A DNA stretch of 33,264 bases from a bacterium (lineage in GTDB: Bacteria > Hydrothermota > 32-111), in assembly GCA_050239825.1 (NCBI GenBank), contig JBFXGO010000026.1, forward strand, positions 1 through 33,264, written 5' to 3'. Positions 1 to 10,385 of the stretch are shown here, piece by piece. The position numbers were made by a program, and so were the translations under genes. The stretch's first letter is position 1; every line of letters begins with the position of its first letter. A model generated the notes under the pieces. It did not search any database. It saw nothing but the letters and a program-made list of their open reading frames with translations, and was not told where the DNA came from.

Positions 1-91
1 GATTATGACATACTTCACTGAATTGACTCTCTTTTACAACGGTTTTTTAACAATTGATGTGTAAAATGAATGAAAATAATCAGGAGGATAT

Positions 92-2929
92 ATGAAAAAG
101 TTTCTTCTCTTGATGCTGATAATTGCATTAACTGTCACCGTTTTCCCAGCTGATATAAATCTCAATGGATGGCAGTTGAAGCAGTTTAATTCAACACAGA
201 CATACACCTTCGGAGACATTACTGTTCCCGGAGGCAGTTATGTGATAGTGTGCAGAGGAAGAAAGAAGGCAGATTTTGAAGCATACTACGGAGTTACTCT
301 CGGAAGCAATGTAATATTTCTTGATTCTGTTGCGGTTATGCCTCAAATAAACGGAGCTGAAACTTACTCGCTCTATGATAGCACTGCCGCAAAGATAGAT
401 ACTACATATATTTCACTGACGACAGGCGGAATATATTACAGGGATTCTACAAATACAAATACTTTCACGAGAATTGTTTTTGCCACAACTTCAGCGACTC
501 CGGGATCTCTAGGTTCCACTGTCGCAAACAAGGGCAAGGGCATGATAATCACCGAAGTTGTCGATGCAGCTGTTTATCAATGCGAATATGTGGAGCTTTA
601 CAATGATACGGGAACCGGCGGAGCTCCTACCAACACGCCCCCTTCAATAAACTCACTATCCCATACACCTTCAACGGTTACACCGGCGACCTCTGTCACT
701 GCCACAGCCAATATCACAGACGGTTCGGCGGTTTTGGCGGACACTCTCTTCTATCAGATTGACGGAGGAGCATGGACAAAGATGACCCACACATCATTTT
801 CCGGAAGCGACTATTCTTACTCAATGGGTCTCTTTTCTGCAGACAATGTCGTTAATTATTATGTAAAAGCTGTGGATGATTCTTCAGCATCAACGCTTTC
901 AGACACAAACTCCTTCACCGTAATAACTCCGGTTACTGTGGTGATTAATGAATTCTGCTCCAACGGAGATGCCGCGACCGATGATGACGGAGAATGGATA
1001 GAGCTTTATAATTACGGCACATCTTCTGTTGACATATCCGGATTCGTGTTATCGGACAATCCTGCGGCAAACGGAGGAACTGAGGGTTCATTTATAATAC
1101 CTCCAAGCACTATTCTGCCCGCAAAATCATTCTATCTCTGCGTCAACAATATAACCGCATTCTCAGCAATGTATCCGTCGACTCCGGATATTGAATACGG
1201 AGCAATTGATGCAGGAATGGTTTTGGCAAATACGGGAGATGATATTTATCTCTTCAATGCCGATTCAATGACTATTGACATTGTTTACTACGGTTCGGTC
1301 GGCACAAATCCTGTAACCGCCCCCGCTGAAAGCTTATCCGCAGTGCGTTCGCCTGACGGACAGGATACTGATGTGTGTTCTGCCGACTTCGCAGTCGGCG
1401 CTTCAATAATGCCGACTCCCGGCTGGGGAAGCAGCGGTACATCAATTACAAATATAACTCGTTCTCCGTTCCTTCCGTATGCTGAACAACCCGATACAAT
1501 AAGAGCAAAGGTCATTGACTCCGACGGTTTGAAGCTGGTGAGGCTTATTACAAGCGCCTATGATTCTACCGATATAGACACATACAATATGAATGCATAC
1601 TCCGGTGACTCTCTCTATCAGTATGTTCTTCCCGGCAGAGGAAATGACTGCAGATTTGAGTACTATGTTGAAGCTTTAGACAGCAATGACGATATCGCAA
1701 AATCATCATCCGGAAAATTCTTCTGGGGCTACACTTCAATTCCCCGTTATAAGGAGAATACGGCGGACGGATATGCAAAATGGATAGGATATAATGTAAG
1801 AGCTACTGGAATAGTCACGGTGGGCACAGGAGCATTCAATTCAACCCAAAATATAATAAATTTCCAGCAGAATTATATTCTCGGCGCAGTGTGGAAGAAT
1901 GACTCAATAAAGACCGATGGAAGCGAAACGGTCATTACGGGAGATTCCGTGGAAGTGCAGGGCACAATAATCTTCTCCGTGGGTCAGACAAGAATAGGAA
2001 ATCCATATTCTGCTCTTACAAAATTCACATCCGGACACGCGATAGACACGATACTTCTCAATGCCGATCACCTTATGGACACAATTGGAGATACTTATGA
2101 AGGACTCCTTGTTCAGATAAATGCAAGAGCCAGAAAGTCTGCCACATGGCCTATGGCTGATTCAAGCGCCCTTGTAGTGATGTACGATACGGTTCTTCCT
2201 ACAAAGGGTTCAAACTCAGACACATTCCTTATATGGATAGACCCGGATACAGACATTGACGGAAGCGTAGAACCCACTTGGCCTAAAAAGATAATCGGTG
2301 TAGTCACTCAATATGACATTTCTTCCCCATACTGGTCAATGTATGAAATTTATCCGAGAGCTTTCGCCGACATTTCGACCGACCTGGCAATTCAGGATTT
2401 TTATCTTACAGCGGGAATTGAGAACGGTTTTGTTTCATTGAAATGGAGCATTGTAGGAATGGATGACATATCATCATTCAGGATAGAGAGAAAGTATGAA
2501 GGAGAAGAGTATTTCAAAATACTTGCTACGGTAAATTCTACTACTTTTTCCTATAAGGATAATTCATACGACACAAAGAGGAATGCAGAATACAAGGTCG
2601 TATGCATTACTTCAAATGGAAGAGCCCTTGAATACAGTTCAATAAAAGTCACAGGTTCGATGTTCATAAGGGAATTTTCAATGTCAGCAGATCAAAACAC
2701 GATTAAGGAATCGGGTTGGATCACACTCTCTTCGCCTTCCGAGAAATCGACCGACATAAAGCTGTACAATCTCGACGGAAGAGCAGTCAAAACACTCTAT
2801 AAAGGGCATCTGTCCTATGGTAAAACAAATCTTTTGATAAAGACAGATGAATTGCCGTCAGGCATTTATATAGTCAAAGATGCATCGGGTGCTTTTAAGA
2901 ATGTATTGAGATTAAATATAATCAAGTGA
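92..2929 (+). CDS. Secreted multidomain protein: two lamin-tail domains, Ig-like linkers, OB-fold-like region and C-terminal T9SS/FlgD-like sorting domain
   Basis: Signal peptide MKKFLLLMLIIAL; LTD motifs VVINEF..EWIELYN..VDISGFVLSD..PTPG; C-terminal IKLYNLDGRAVKTL..LPSGIYIVK; SD AGGAGG upstream. Confidence 0.85.
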   Translation: MKKFLLLMLIIALTVTVFPADINLNGWQLKQFNSTQTYTFGDITVPGGSYVIVCRGRKKADFEAYYGVTLGSNVIFLDSVAVMPQINGAETYSLYDSTAAKIDTTYISLTTGGIYYRDSTNTNTFTRIVFATTSATPGSLGSTVANKGKGMIITEVVDAAVYQCEYVELYNDTGTGGAPTNTPPSINSLSHTPSTVTPATSVTATANITDGSAVLADTLFYQIDGGAWTKMTHTSFSGSDYSYSMGLFSADNVVNYYVKAVDDSSASTLSDTNSFTVITPVTVVINEFCSNGDAATDDDGEWIELYNYGTSSVDISGFVLSDNPAANGGTEGSFIIPPSTILPAKSFYLCVNNITAFSAMYPSTPDIEYGAIDAGMVLANTGDDIYLFNADSMTIDIVYYGSVGTNPVTAPAESLSAVRSPDGQDTDVCSADFAVGASIMPTPGWGSSGTSITNITRSPFLPYAEQPDTIRAKVIDSDGLKLVRLITSAYDSTDIDTYNMNAYSGDSLYQYVLPGRGNDCRFEYYVEALDSNDDIAKSSSGKFFWGYTSIPRYKENTADGYAKWIGYNVRATGIVTVGTGAFNSTQNIINFQQNYILGAVWKNDSIKTDGSETVITGDSVEVQGTIIFSVGQTRIGNPYSALTKFTSGHAIDTILLNADHLMDTIGDTYEGLLVQINARARKSATWPMADSSALVVMYDTVLPTKGSNSDTFLIWIDPDTDIDGSVEPTWPKKIIGVVTQYDISSPYWSMYEIYPRAFADISTDLAIQDFYLTAGIENGFVSLKWSIVGMDDISSFRIERKYEGEEYFKILATVNSTTFSYKDNSYDTKRNAEYKVVCITSNGRALEYSSIKVTGSMFIREFSMSADQNTIKESGWITLSSPSEKSTDIKLYNLDGRAVKTLYKGHLSYGKTNLLIKTDELPSGIYIVKDASGAFKNVLRLNIIK

Positions 2930-2942
2930 TTTGTTTTTAATT

Positions 2943-2974
2943 AAAAAAAGGGCTCCTTTCGGAGCCCTTTTTTT
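2943..2974. terminator. Bidirectional rho-independent terminator
   Basis: AAAAAAAGGGCTCC-TTTC-GGAGCCCTTTTTTT between convergent genes. Confidence 0.92.
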
Positions 2975-2986
2975 ATACTATGATTT

Positions 2987-3877
2987 TCACACAATATCAT
3001 TAACAAATTCGTCTTTATCAAAACACAGAATGTCGTCGAGTCCCTCCCCTGTTCCAATATAGGATATGGGGAGACCCAGCTCGTCTGATACTGTGATTAC
3101 GGATCCGCCCTTCGATGTTCCATCCATCTTGGAAAGGAATATTGCATTGACAGAAGCCGCGCCCTTGAATTCTTTTGCCTGATTAAGGGCATTCTTTCCG
3201 GTGTTTGCATCCATCACAAGAAGAGAAAAAATGTTGAGAGAAGAGTATTTTGATTTAAGCACATTCACAATTTTATTAATCTCCTTCATCAGCCCTTCAT
3301 TGTTATGCATCCTTCCCGCTGTGTCTATTATCATTATGTCGCATTCGTCATCGATTCCCTGCCTAACTGTTTCAAAGGCAACTGCGGCCGGGTCCTTTGA
3401 TTCTTTCGAAATATATATCATTGAATTTGTTCTCTGCGCCCAAATGCGGAGCTGTTCGTCCGCCGCCGCCCTGAATGTGTCGCATGCGCCGAGCATTACT
3501 TTCTTTCCCTGCTTCTGATACATACCGGCGAGTTTTCCTATAGTGGTTGTCTTTCCCGATCCGTTTATTCCGCTGACAAGAATCACAAGGGGTTTCAAGC
3601 CGTCATCAGGATAAACAGGAGTAGGCAGCAGATTCTTTATTATCTCTCTTAGAATGTCGAGGAGATTCTCCCTTCCTATCACGACGCCGTCCTTTGCTTT
3701 TCTTTTAAGCTCTTTTATTATCTTCTGGGATGTCTCTATTCCTATATCTGCAAGAATCAACTGCTCCTCGATAAAATCATAATCCTCCTGTTTTCCGCCC
3801 TTGAAAGCGCTCTCCAAAAGAGAGGAGAGTGGAAGTTTCGCCTTTTTAAACAGGCTCTTTATCTGATTTAACAGCAT
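2987..3877 (-). CDS. ftsY: Signal recognition particle receptor FtsY (NG domain only)
   Basis: GINGSGKTTT, DTFRAAA, DTAGR, SKMDGTSKGG motifs; follows smc. Confidence 0.96.
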   Translation of the reverse strand: MLLNQIKSLFKKAKLPLSSLLESAFKGGKQEDYDFIEEQLILADIGIETSQKIIKELKRKAKDGVVIGRENLLDILREIIKNLLPTPVYPDDGLKPLVILVSGINGSGKTTTIGKLAGMYQKQGKKVMLGACDTFRAAADEQLRIWAQRTNSMIYISKESKDPAAVAFETVRQGIDDECDIMIIDTAGRMHNNEGLMKEINKIVNVLKSKYSSLNIFSLLVMDANTGKNALNQAKEFKGAASVNAIFLSKMDGTSKGGSVITVSDELGLPISYIGTGEGLDDILCFDKDEFVNDIV

Positions 3878-6800
3878 TCTCTAAAAACTTTTGTGATATT
3901 GTCTGAAGGTTAAGGGAGAATACGCTCGTCACGCCGGATTCCTCCATAGTGACTCCGAACAGATAATCACAGAATTCCATTGTGCGCTTGTTGTGGGTTA
4001 TGAGCACAAACTGGGTTTTGTCCCTGAATTTCTTAAGGAGATTTATGAAGTTTTCAACATTGGCGTCATCCAGAGGAGCGTCAATTTCATCCATAATGCA
4101 CACCGGTGTTGGTTTTATCATATACATGGAGAAGAGTAGAAGTATTATCATCATTGCCCTCTCCCCTTCCGACAGCTGAACCAAGCGTCCTATCTTCTTA
4201 TCGCCCGGTTCAAATGTTATCTGTATGTCGCTGTCAAGCGGGTCATTTTCATCAACAAGATTTATATCCGCATTGCCATTTTTGTATATTTCAAAGAAGA
4301 GTTCCTTGAATGTCGTTTTAATTGTGTCAAAATACTGCACGAATATAGTTTTCGCTTTTGCATCAATGGTTTTTATTGTCTTCTCAAGATTCTCCTTTGA
4401 CTGGACAATATCATCCTTCTGACGCACCATCTGCTCAAGCCTCTCTGCGACTTCTGTGTACTCCTGAAATGCCAGCTGGTTGATCGGACCCATAGTAGCC
4501 AGCTTGTCGGTCATGTATTTCAGCTCCTCCTCGGCATTTTCTGAATACTTTGATACAATTTCATTGTCAATATCTATCGTCTCATCTATATTCTTTTTAT
4601 TAAAATCCTTTTCAGCAATGTGTTTTTCTCTCTGCAGAAGCAGTTCTTCCCTGTCGGTCTTGACTGTCTCGGCTATTGAGCGATTTTCATCCTCCTTCTC
4701 CTCCATTGTTCTCGCCGCATTGTCAAGTTCATCCATCTTGTTTTCAAGTTTTTTCATCTCTTCGTCAATAGAAAGAAGAACCGATTGAAGCTTTCCTTTC
4801 TCCTCCTCCTTCGTATCTATTGATTTCTGCATAGTGAGAATCTGCGAAGAAGATTCATCAACGAACCTTTCAAGGGTCTCTATATCTGTCTCAAAAGATT
4901 CAATAACTTCTTTAAGGTCGCTTATCTCTTTTTCAAGAATTCGCTTTTCTCCTGACAAACTCTCAAATATCGACTCTATTTCCCCTTTTCTGCTGGTGAA
5001 GATAATGTATTTTTCCTTGAGAGTGTTCAATCCGGATTCTTCATTTGACAGCGCTTTGGAGGCGGCTTCTATTTTTGTTTCTGACTCCGAGATTCTTTCC
5101 AGAAGCTCCTGCTCCTCCCTGATAAGTCCGTCCATCTCCTTCTGCAGTATAGAAAAGTTCTCTTTGAGTCTCTGAGAGTATGAATTTTTCGCCTCTATAT
5201 TCTTCTTTATCGCCCTTAGAGTTTCAAGCAGAAAAACCCGTTTGTTCTCCAATTCATTTATATTGCGTTTCTTTGCGTTTATTTCATTATTCAGATTTCC
5301 TATCTCATTTCTTGATTTTTCCAGTTCATCTGAATTTTTGACAGAATCTTTTTCAAGCTCTTCTATCCTCTTCTGCGCTTTATCCAAAGCGTCCCTGAAA
5401 TTGATTATCTTGATTTCACCTGATTTGACGATAAGTTTCTCCGGAGTCACGAGTATTCCGTTTTTCCTTACATGATAGAAACCGTCAATTCCGGTTAAAT
5501 CGGAGTTTTCATCCTGTGACACAATGAATCTCGATAGGAATCTTTTCACATAATCCGGCGCTTCGACAAAGTTATCCAAAGTGTCATCTCTCTTCGATGA
5601 TTCAAGCGATGAATCCGACAGGATGACAGTGAGAAGCGGAAGGTTTAGTTTTTCTATGCTGGAAATATCATCGTTGCACAAAACTATCGCATTCAATATA
5701 TGGGAGAGTGCTGTTTTAAGCGCATCTTCATATCCGTCCTTTGCCCTTACAAGATTGCGCATTTGTTCGATCCCGCTCTTCGAAAGCGCTTTTTCGATCT
5801 CCTCTATGGATGATTTGCTCTCATTTATTCTGTTTATAATCTGTTCTCTTCTGCTCTTTTCCGCGGAGAGTTCCTTTGCTATCTCTTCTTTCTTTGCAAA
5901 GAGTTCTCTCTGCTTGCCTTTCTTTTCCGAAAGCAGATCTTCCAGTTTAATTGTCTCCCCTCTGAGTGTTTCAGCGGCGGCATTTGTTTCATCCCCGGCT
6001 TTTGTTTTTTCATCCGCCTCTTGCGATAGTTTTAAGATGTTCTCATTTTCTCTGTCAATCTCGGCATTCTTTTCATCCATCCTCTTAAGCTGGTTTTCCT
6101 TCTTTATGTTTATGGCATTTATTTTTGATCTCATCAGAAGTATTTCATTCTCAATTTTTCTCTTTTCCGACATCTTTTTGTCATAGGCATTCTGTGCCTC
6201 TCTGTACTCTCTCTCTATGTCTTTATTGAGTTCTTCATTCCTCTCTTTTTCAACTTCGGTGACCCGTCTCTGCAATGTCTGCAACCTCTCTTCATTGTTC
6301 TTCATCCTCTCTTTTTTTGCCGGATGCTCAAGAATCTGCTTCTCTTTGAATTCCTTTTTGCTCTTCATCTGCTCTTCTAATGATTTTATCCTTTCCGCGA
6401 GAACCAGAATCTCTGAATTTATCTTATAGAGGTCCTCTGATCCCTTCTCTTTCTTTTCATTCAATGCAGAGTGCTCTTCCTCTATGCTTTTTCTCTGCCC
6501 CCTTGTATTCATTATCTTCTCTTTTGTCTCTTCAAGCTCCATCCCTATCTCTTCTATCTTATCTCTCTTTACCTTTATGGAAGCATCAAGGGATTCTATC
6601 AGCGCAGATATCTCTCTGTCCTTCTTTCTGTAAACATGCTGTCCGAGATGCTTGACTGTTTCAGTCATCTCATTGTATCTTTTTGCCCTTCCTGCCTGCT
6701 TCTTGAGCTCCTTCTCCTGTTTTTCTATTTCCTGTATAAGGTCGTTTATCCTGTAAAGATTCTCCTGAGCCGCTATCAGTTTTCTCAGAGTCTCTCTCTT

Positions 6801-7316
6801 TGAATGTCTGTAAAGAGAAATTCCCGCCGATTCCTCAAAAAGATTTCTTAAAGCATCGGGTTTGTTTTGAACAATATCCTCTATGAGAGACCTTTTAAAA
6901 AGCGAGTATGTGCGCGCCCCGAGTCCTGTATCTGCAAGCAGATTCTGAATGTCCTTCAATCTGACCGTCTCTTTGTTTATCAGATACTGGGATTCACCCG
7001 ACCTATAGACCTTTCTCTCTATCTCAAGTTCGGAAAAATCAAGCGGCAGTTCTCCTTCATTGTTGAATTTCAATGATGAGGAGGCTAAATTGGCAGCGGA
7101 TTTTTTCTGAGTTCCGCTAAATATCAGATCCTCCATGAGAGTTGCTCTGAGCTCTTTAGCGGATTGTTCGCCTAAAACCCACCTTATGGCATCTACTATA
7201 TTTGATTTTCCGCTCCCGTTGGGTCCTACGAATCCGGTTATTCCCCTGTTCAGTTTAAGAGTCATCGGCTCAGGGAATGACTTGAATCCGTAAATTCTGA
7301 TTTCGTTTAAGTACAA
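3846..7316 (-). CDS. smc: Chromosome segregation protein SMC
   Basis: GFKSF, Walker A GPNGSGKSN, long coiled coils, Walker B/D-loop MDEIDAPLD, ITHNK; 1156 aa. Confidence 0.96.
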   Translation of the reverse strand: MYLNEIRIYGFKSFPEPMTLKLNRGITGFVGPNGSGKSNIVDAIRWVLGEQSAKELRATLMEDLIFSGTQKKSAANLASSSLKFNNEGELPLDFSELEIERKVYRSGESQYLINKETVRLKDIQNLLADTGLGARTYSLFKRSLIEDIVQNKPDALRNLFEESAGISLYRHSKRETLRKLIAAQENLYRINDLIQEIEKQEKELKKQAGRAKRYNEMTETVKHLGQHVYRKKDREISALIESLDASIKVKRDKIEEIGMELEETKEKIMNTRGQRKSIEEEHSALNEKKEKGSEDLYKINSEILVLAERIKSLEEQMKSKKEFKEKQILEHPAKKERMKNNEERLQTLQRRVTEVEKERNEELNKDIEREYREAQNAYDKKMSEKRKIENEILLMRSKINAINIKKENQLKRMDEKNAEIDRENENILKLSQEADEKTKAGDETNAAAETLRGETIKLEDLLSEKKGKQRELFAKKEEIAKELSAEKSRREQIINRINESKSSIEEIEKALSKSGIEQMRNLVRAKDGYEDALKTALSHILNAIVLCNDDISSIEKLNLPLLTVILSDSSLESSKRDDTLDNFVEAPDYVKRFLSRFIVSQDENSDLTGIDGFYHVRKNGILVTPEKLIVKSGEIKIINFRDALDKAQKRIEELEKDSVKNSDELEKSRNEIGNLNNEINAKKRNINELENKRVFLLETLRAIKKNIEAKNSYSQRLKENFSILQKEMDGLIREEQELLERISESETKIEAASKALSNEESGLNTLKEKYIIFTSRKGEIESIFESLSGEKRILEKEISDLKEVIESFETDIETLERFVDESSSQILTMQKSIDTKEEEKGKLQSVLLSIDEEMKKLENKMDELDNAARTMEEKEDENRSIAETVKTDREELLLQREKHIAEKDFNKKNIDETIDIDNEIVSKYSENAEEELKYMTDKLATMGPINQLAFQEYTEVAERLEQMVRQKDDIVQSKENLEKTIKTIDAKAKTIFVQYFDTIKTTFKELFFEIYKNGNADINLVDENDPLDSDIQITFEPGDKKIGRLVQLSEGERAMMIILLLFSMYMIKPTPVCIMDEIDAPLDDANVENFINLLKKFRDKTQFVLITHNKRTMEFCDYLFGVTMEESGVTSVFSLNLQTISQKFLENAVKSDKEPV

Positions 7317-7377
7317 TTAACCTCCGCTATAAAAATAGATTAAATTTATACCAAAATACTTTGTCTGTGTCAATAAC

Positions 7378-8499
7378 CTAACAAAGCAGCCGTTCAAGTT
7401 CTCTTCTTATTATCCGTGATGTCTCAGCCCTCTCATAATGAATCTGGCATTCTGCTCCTTTGCATCCGTTCTCTTTTTGTTTGACCGATTCAAAGGCTCT
7501 TTTTATGTCAGAGTATTTGTGGGATGATGAGATTACAGATGCGCTGAGAGGCCTTCCCTTCTGTCTGTCTCCAATAAGCAATGACGGGATCCTCAGATAA
7601 GGACATTCGATTACCAATGAGGAGGAGTTTCCCATCACGCAGTAGGAATTCTTCATCAGAGAATTATACCTGACAAATCCCAGATGACCCGCCAAGACTA
7701 CTTTCTTATTTTCATTGGAAATATGTTTAAGCTGTTTTAAAATATAGTCGCCTCCGTAATCGGCATTAGGCGCAGTGCAGACAACATGCATTTCTGTTTC
7801 AAGAAGAAATTTTTTTATGCCTTCAAACTGGTCATTTACATTGAAAGAGGTAATGGTCTCCGGATGGTATGTGAAAAGAATGAAATTATCCTTTTCAAGA
7901 GGAATGTTAAGTTCTTTTCCTATCTCTTCAAGAGGCATCTCCTTTGTATTCTCTATGTGCTCAAGAATAGGGTCTCCTGCGTTAATGATGTTTTTGTCTG
8001 AATGAAGAAACTCCGACAGACTCTTCTTGAAATACTCACCGGAAACAAAATGCACATAGGAGACAAGGGAAAGCATTCTTCTCACATAATCATCAACCGC
8101 TCCCTGTGTTGTCTCTCCTCCGGAAATGTGAATGATCTTTTTACCCATTATAAGAGAGAGATTTATCACCGCAAGAAGCTCTATTCTGTCTCCAAGCACC
8201 ATGATATAATCCGCCTTGACCATTTTTATCAGGGTTCTCAGTTTCTTTTCAAATGAGACCACAGAAGCGAAAAGCTTCGCTTCGCTTGACCAGTCAATTA
8301 CAGTCCGTATTTTATAATCAGGCTTTATTCCTGTCTCGTAAAGCTCATCGAGAGACATTCCTCTCTGCCTGTCAAAATGCCCCCCCGTGGCTACAAATAT
8401 CATGTTTATCTGCTTCGATTTTTTCAGTTCTTTCAATGTGAGAAAGAGATGCGAGTAATCGGCTCTATTGGTCGAAAGTACAAGTATGTTTGTCTTCAT
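7378..8499 (-). CDS. neuC: UDP-N-acetylglucosamine 2-epimerase (hydrolysing, NeuC type)
   Basis: RADY, LGDRIE, HISGGE, TYHPET, GNSSS, IGDRQKGR motifs. Confidence 0.88.
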   Translation of the reverse strand: MKTNILVLSTNRADYSHLFLTLKELKKSKQINMIFVATGGHFDRQRGMSLDELYETGIKPDYKIRTVIDWSSEAKLFASVVSFEKKLRTLIKMVKADYIMVLGDRIELLAVINLSLIMGKKIIHISGGETTQGAVDDYVRRMLSLVSYVHFVSGEYFKKSLSEFLHSDKNIINAGDPILEHIENTKEMPLEEIGKELNIPLEKDNFILFTYHPETITSFNVNDQFEGIKKFLLETEMHVVCTAPNADYGGDYILKQLKHISNENKKVVLAGHLGFVRYNSLMKNSYCVMGNSSSLVIECPYLRIPSLLIGDRQKGRPLSASVISSSHKYSDIKRAFESVKQKENGCKGAECQIHYERAETSRIIRRELERLLC

Positions 8500-9677
8500 A
8501 GCGCGCAGAGCAGAAATGATTTAAGGTATTCCGCCTCTTTAAAATGAAAGAGAACCGGATGGTCTGGAGGCATAAATGTCTTTTTCATTATTTTAACATC
8601 CCTCTTTGTCTCTTTGATTGACTGTTCTATGATGTTGGCAAACATTTCGGCCGTAACAACCGATGTGCAGGAAGATGTCAGTATCAGGGCTCCCGATTTC
8701 GCTTTTTTCAGAACAGCTCCATTTATGAATTTGTATGCCTTCTCAGCCTGCCTTGCTTCGGACAAATGCTTGGCAAATGCCGGAGGGTCTATAATAATAA
8801 TGTCAAAATCTTCAATATTTTCATTTGCGACATAATCGAACATACTTGCCTTCACACTAAGATTCTTGTCGGAACTTATATTATTCAATTTTACATTCAT
8901 GTCAAGAAGATTTAAAACTTTTGATGAGATGTCAACCGAAACTGTGGAGGAGGCTCCTCCAATAAGCGAGTATAATGTAAATCCGCCTGTATAAGAGCAG
9001 AGATTCAATACTCTCTTCTCTGAGGATATTTTGCTTACAATCTCCCTATTCTCCCTCTGGTCTAGATAAAATCCGGTTTTATGTCCGTTCATTATATCCA
9101 CATAGAAGAGAATCCCATTCTCCTTCATTATTACATTTTCCTCCGAGAGAGACCCATAGAGCAGATTTCCTTCAGATAATCTTTCAAATTTTTCCAATCT
9201 GTAAGCATCATTGTCAGTCCTGTCGATAATCGATGCCGGAGAGAATGAAGAAACAAGAGCTTCGACAATCAAGTTTCTGTTTCTCATCGCGCCCGCAGAG
9301 TTGGTTTGTATAACAAGGTTGCCATCATAATCATCGACAATCAATCCGGGAATGAAATCTCCTTCTGAGAAACAGAGTCTGTACATGTTCGTCTCTTTGC
9401 TTAAAAAAAACTTCTTAAGCAGGCGCATTTTATTGAATCTCTCTACAAAAAAATCCTTATCCGTCTTCACTTCCGCGCGGGATATCATCCTCACACAGAT
9501 CGAATTTTTGGGCGAAACGAACCCTGTTCCGAGGAATGATCCTTCACAGTAAACATAAACTGTCTCTCCTGACTCATATTGGTCAAGAGGAGAAATTATT
9601 TTGCCGGAAAATATCCACGGATGGCCGGCCTTAACTGCATTCCTTGCGCTTTTAGCTATCTCAATTTTTTTATACAT
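8496..9677 (-). CDS. rlmI: Class I SAM-dependent rRNA methyltransferase, RlmI (m5C1962) family
   Basis: GHPWIF PUA domain, SEGDFIPGLIVD, GHKTGFYLDQRENR, YTGGF, DPPAF. Confidence 0.88.
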   Translation of the reverse strand: MYKKIEIAKSARNAVKAGHPWIFSGKIISPLDQYESGETVYVYCEGSFLGTGFVSPKNSICVRMISRAEVKTDKDFFVERFNKMRLLKKFFLSKETNMYRLCFSEGDFIPGLIVDDYDGNLVIQTNSAGAMRNRNLIVEALVSSFSPASIIDRTDNDAYRLEKFERLSEGNLLYGSLSEENVIMKENGILFYVDIMNGHKTGFYLDQRENREIVSKISSEKRVLNLCSYTGGFTLYSLIGGASSTVSVDISSKVLNLLDMNVKLNNISSDKNLSVKASMFDYVANENIEDFDIIIIDPPAFAKHLSEARQAEKAYKFINGAVLKKAKSGALILTSSCTSVVTAEMFANIIEQSIKETKRDVKIMKKTFMPPDHPVLFHFKEAEYLKSFLLCAL

Positions 9678-9724
9678 AAACCTTCTTGTTTTATTTTTAT
9701 TTAATTGTATAATTATATGGTAAA

Positions 9725-10348
9725 ATGAAAAAAAATAAAGGTTTAATTTCGTTTCTTTTGTTTGCTCTTTTTCTTCCTCTCTTGGGAGATTTTTTTGCCG
9801 ATGTTTTTTACCTTCCCATCAGTGTCGAAGAGAGAAGAATTTTTAAGAGCGAATACATATCACCAGCGGGTGAATTCGGAATCTGGAGAAAACCCTACAA
9901 AAAGATAAGGGGGCATTACCATACTGGAATCGACTTGAAGAATCCCGGAAGAATGAGCGGGGCTCTTGAACCGGTATTTTCATGCGCAAACGGCATTGTT
10001 TTGTCCGCCAGTTCAAGCAAATCTTCATCTTATGTAATCATAGAACACAATCTAAGGTCGGGTGACAAAGTTTACTCTGTTTACACTCATATTTCGGATA
10101 TTATGGTTTCTCCCGGAGACAGCGTAAATCATCTCTCCGTCATAGGGTCATTCATAGATTATCAGAAGCTTGACAAATGGGGGGAATACCTGAACCATAT
10201 TCATTTTGAGATGCTTAAAACAAGGCCAAAGACAGCAGGTTTTGCAAACAACAGAGAGATTTTCTCATCATATTCAATCGACATAACGAAAAAATCAGAT
10301 ATAGAAAAGTTTTTTTATGACCCTAAGATATTCTTCATTCGGAAATAA
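9725..10348 (+). CDS. M23 family metallopeptidase
   Basis: HTGIDL and HIHFE zinc motifs; N-terminal hydrophobic segment. Confidence 0.85.
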   Translation: MKKNKGLISFLLFALFLPLLGDFFADVFYLPISVEERRIFKSEYISPAGEFGIWRKPYKKIRGHYHTGIDLKNPGRMSGALEPVFSCANGIVLSASSSKSSSYVIIEHNLRSGDKVYSVYTHISDIMVSPGDSVNHLSVIGSFIDYQKLDKWGEYLNHIHFEMLKTRPKTAGFANNREIFSSYSIDITKKSDIEKFFYDPKIFFIRK

Positions 10349-10385
10349 TAAATCTTGACTTATTTGCATTTTATATATAATATAA

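Noticed and set aside
3982..7076. Many Ser/Phe-rich plus-strand ORFs
   Set aside because: Antisense shadows of the Glu/Lys-rich smc coiled coil
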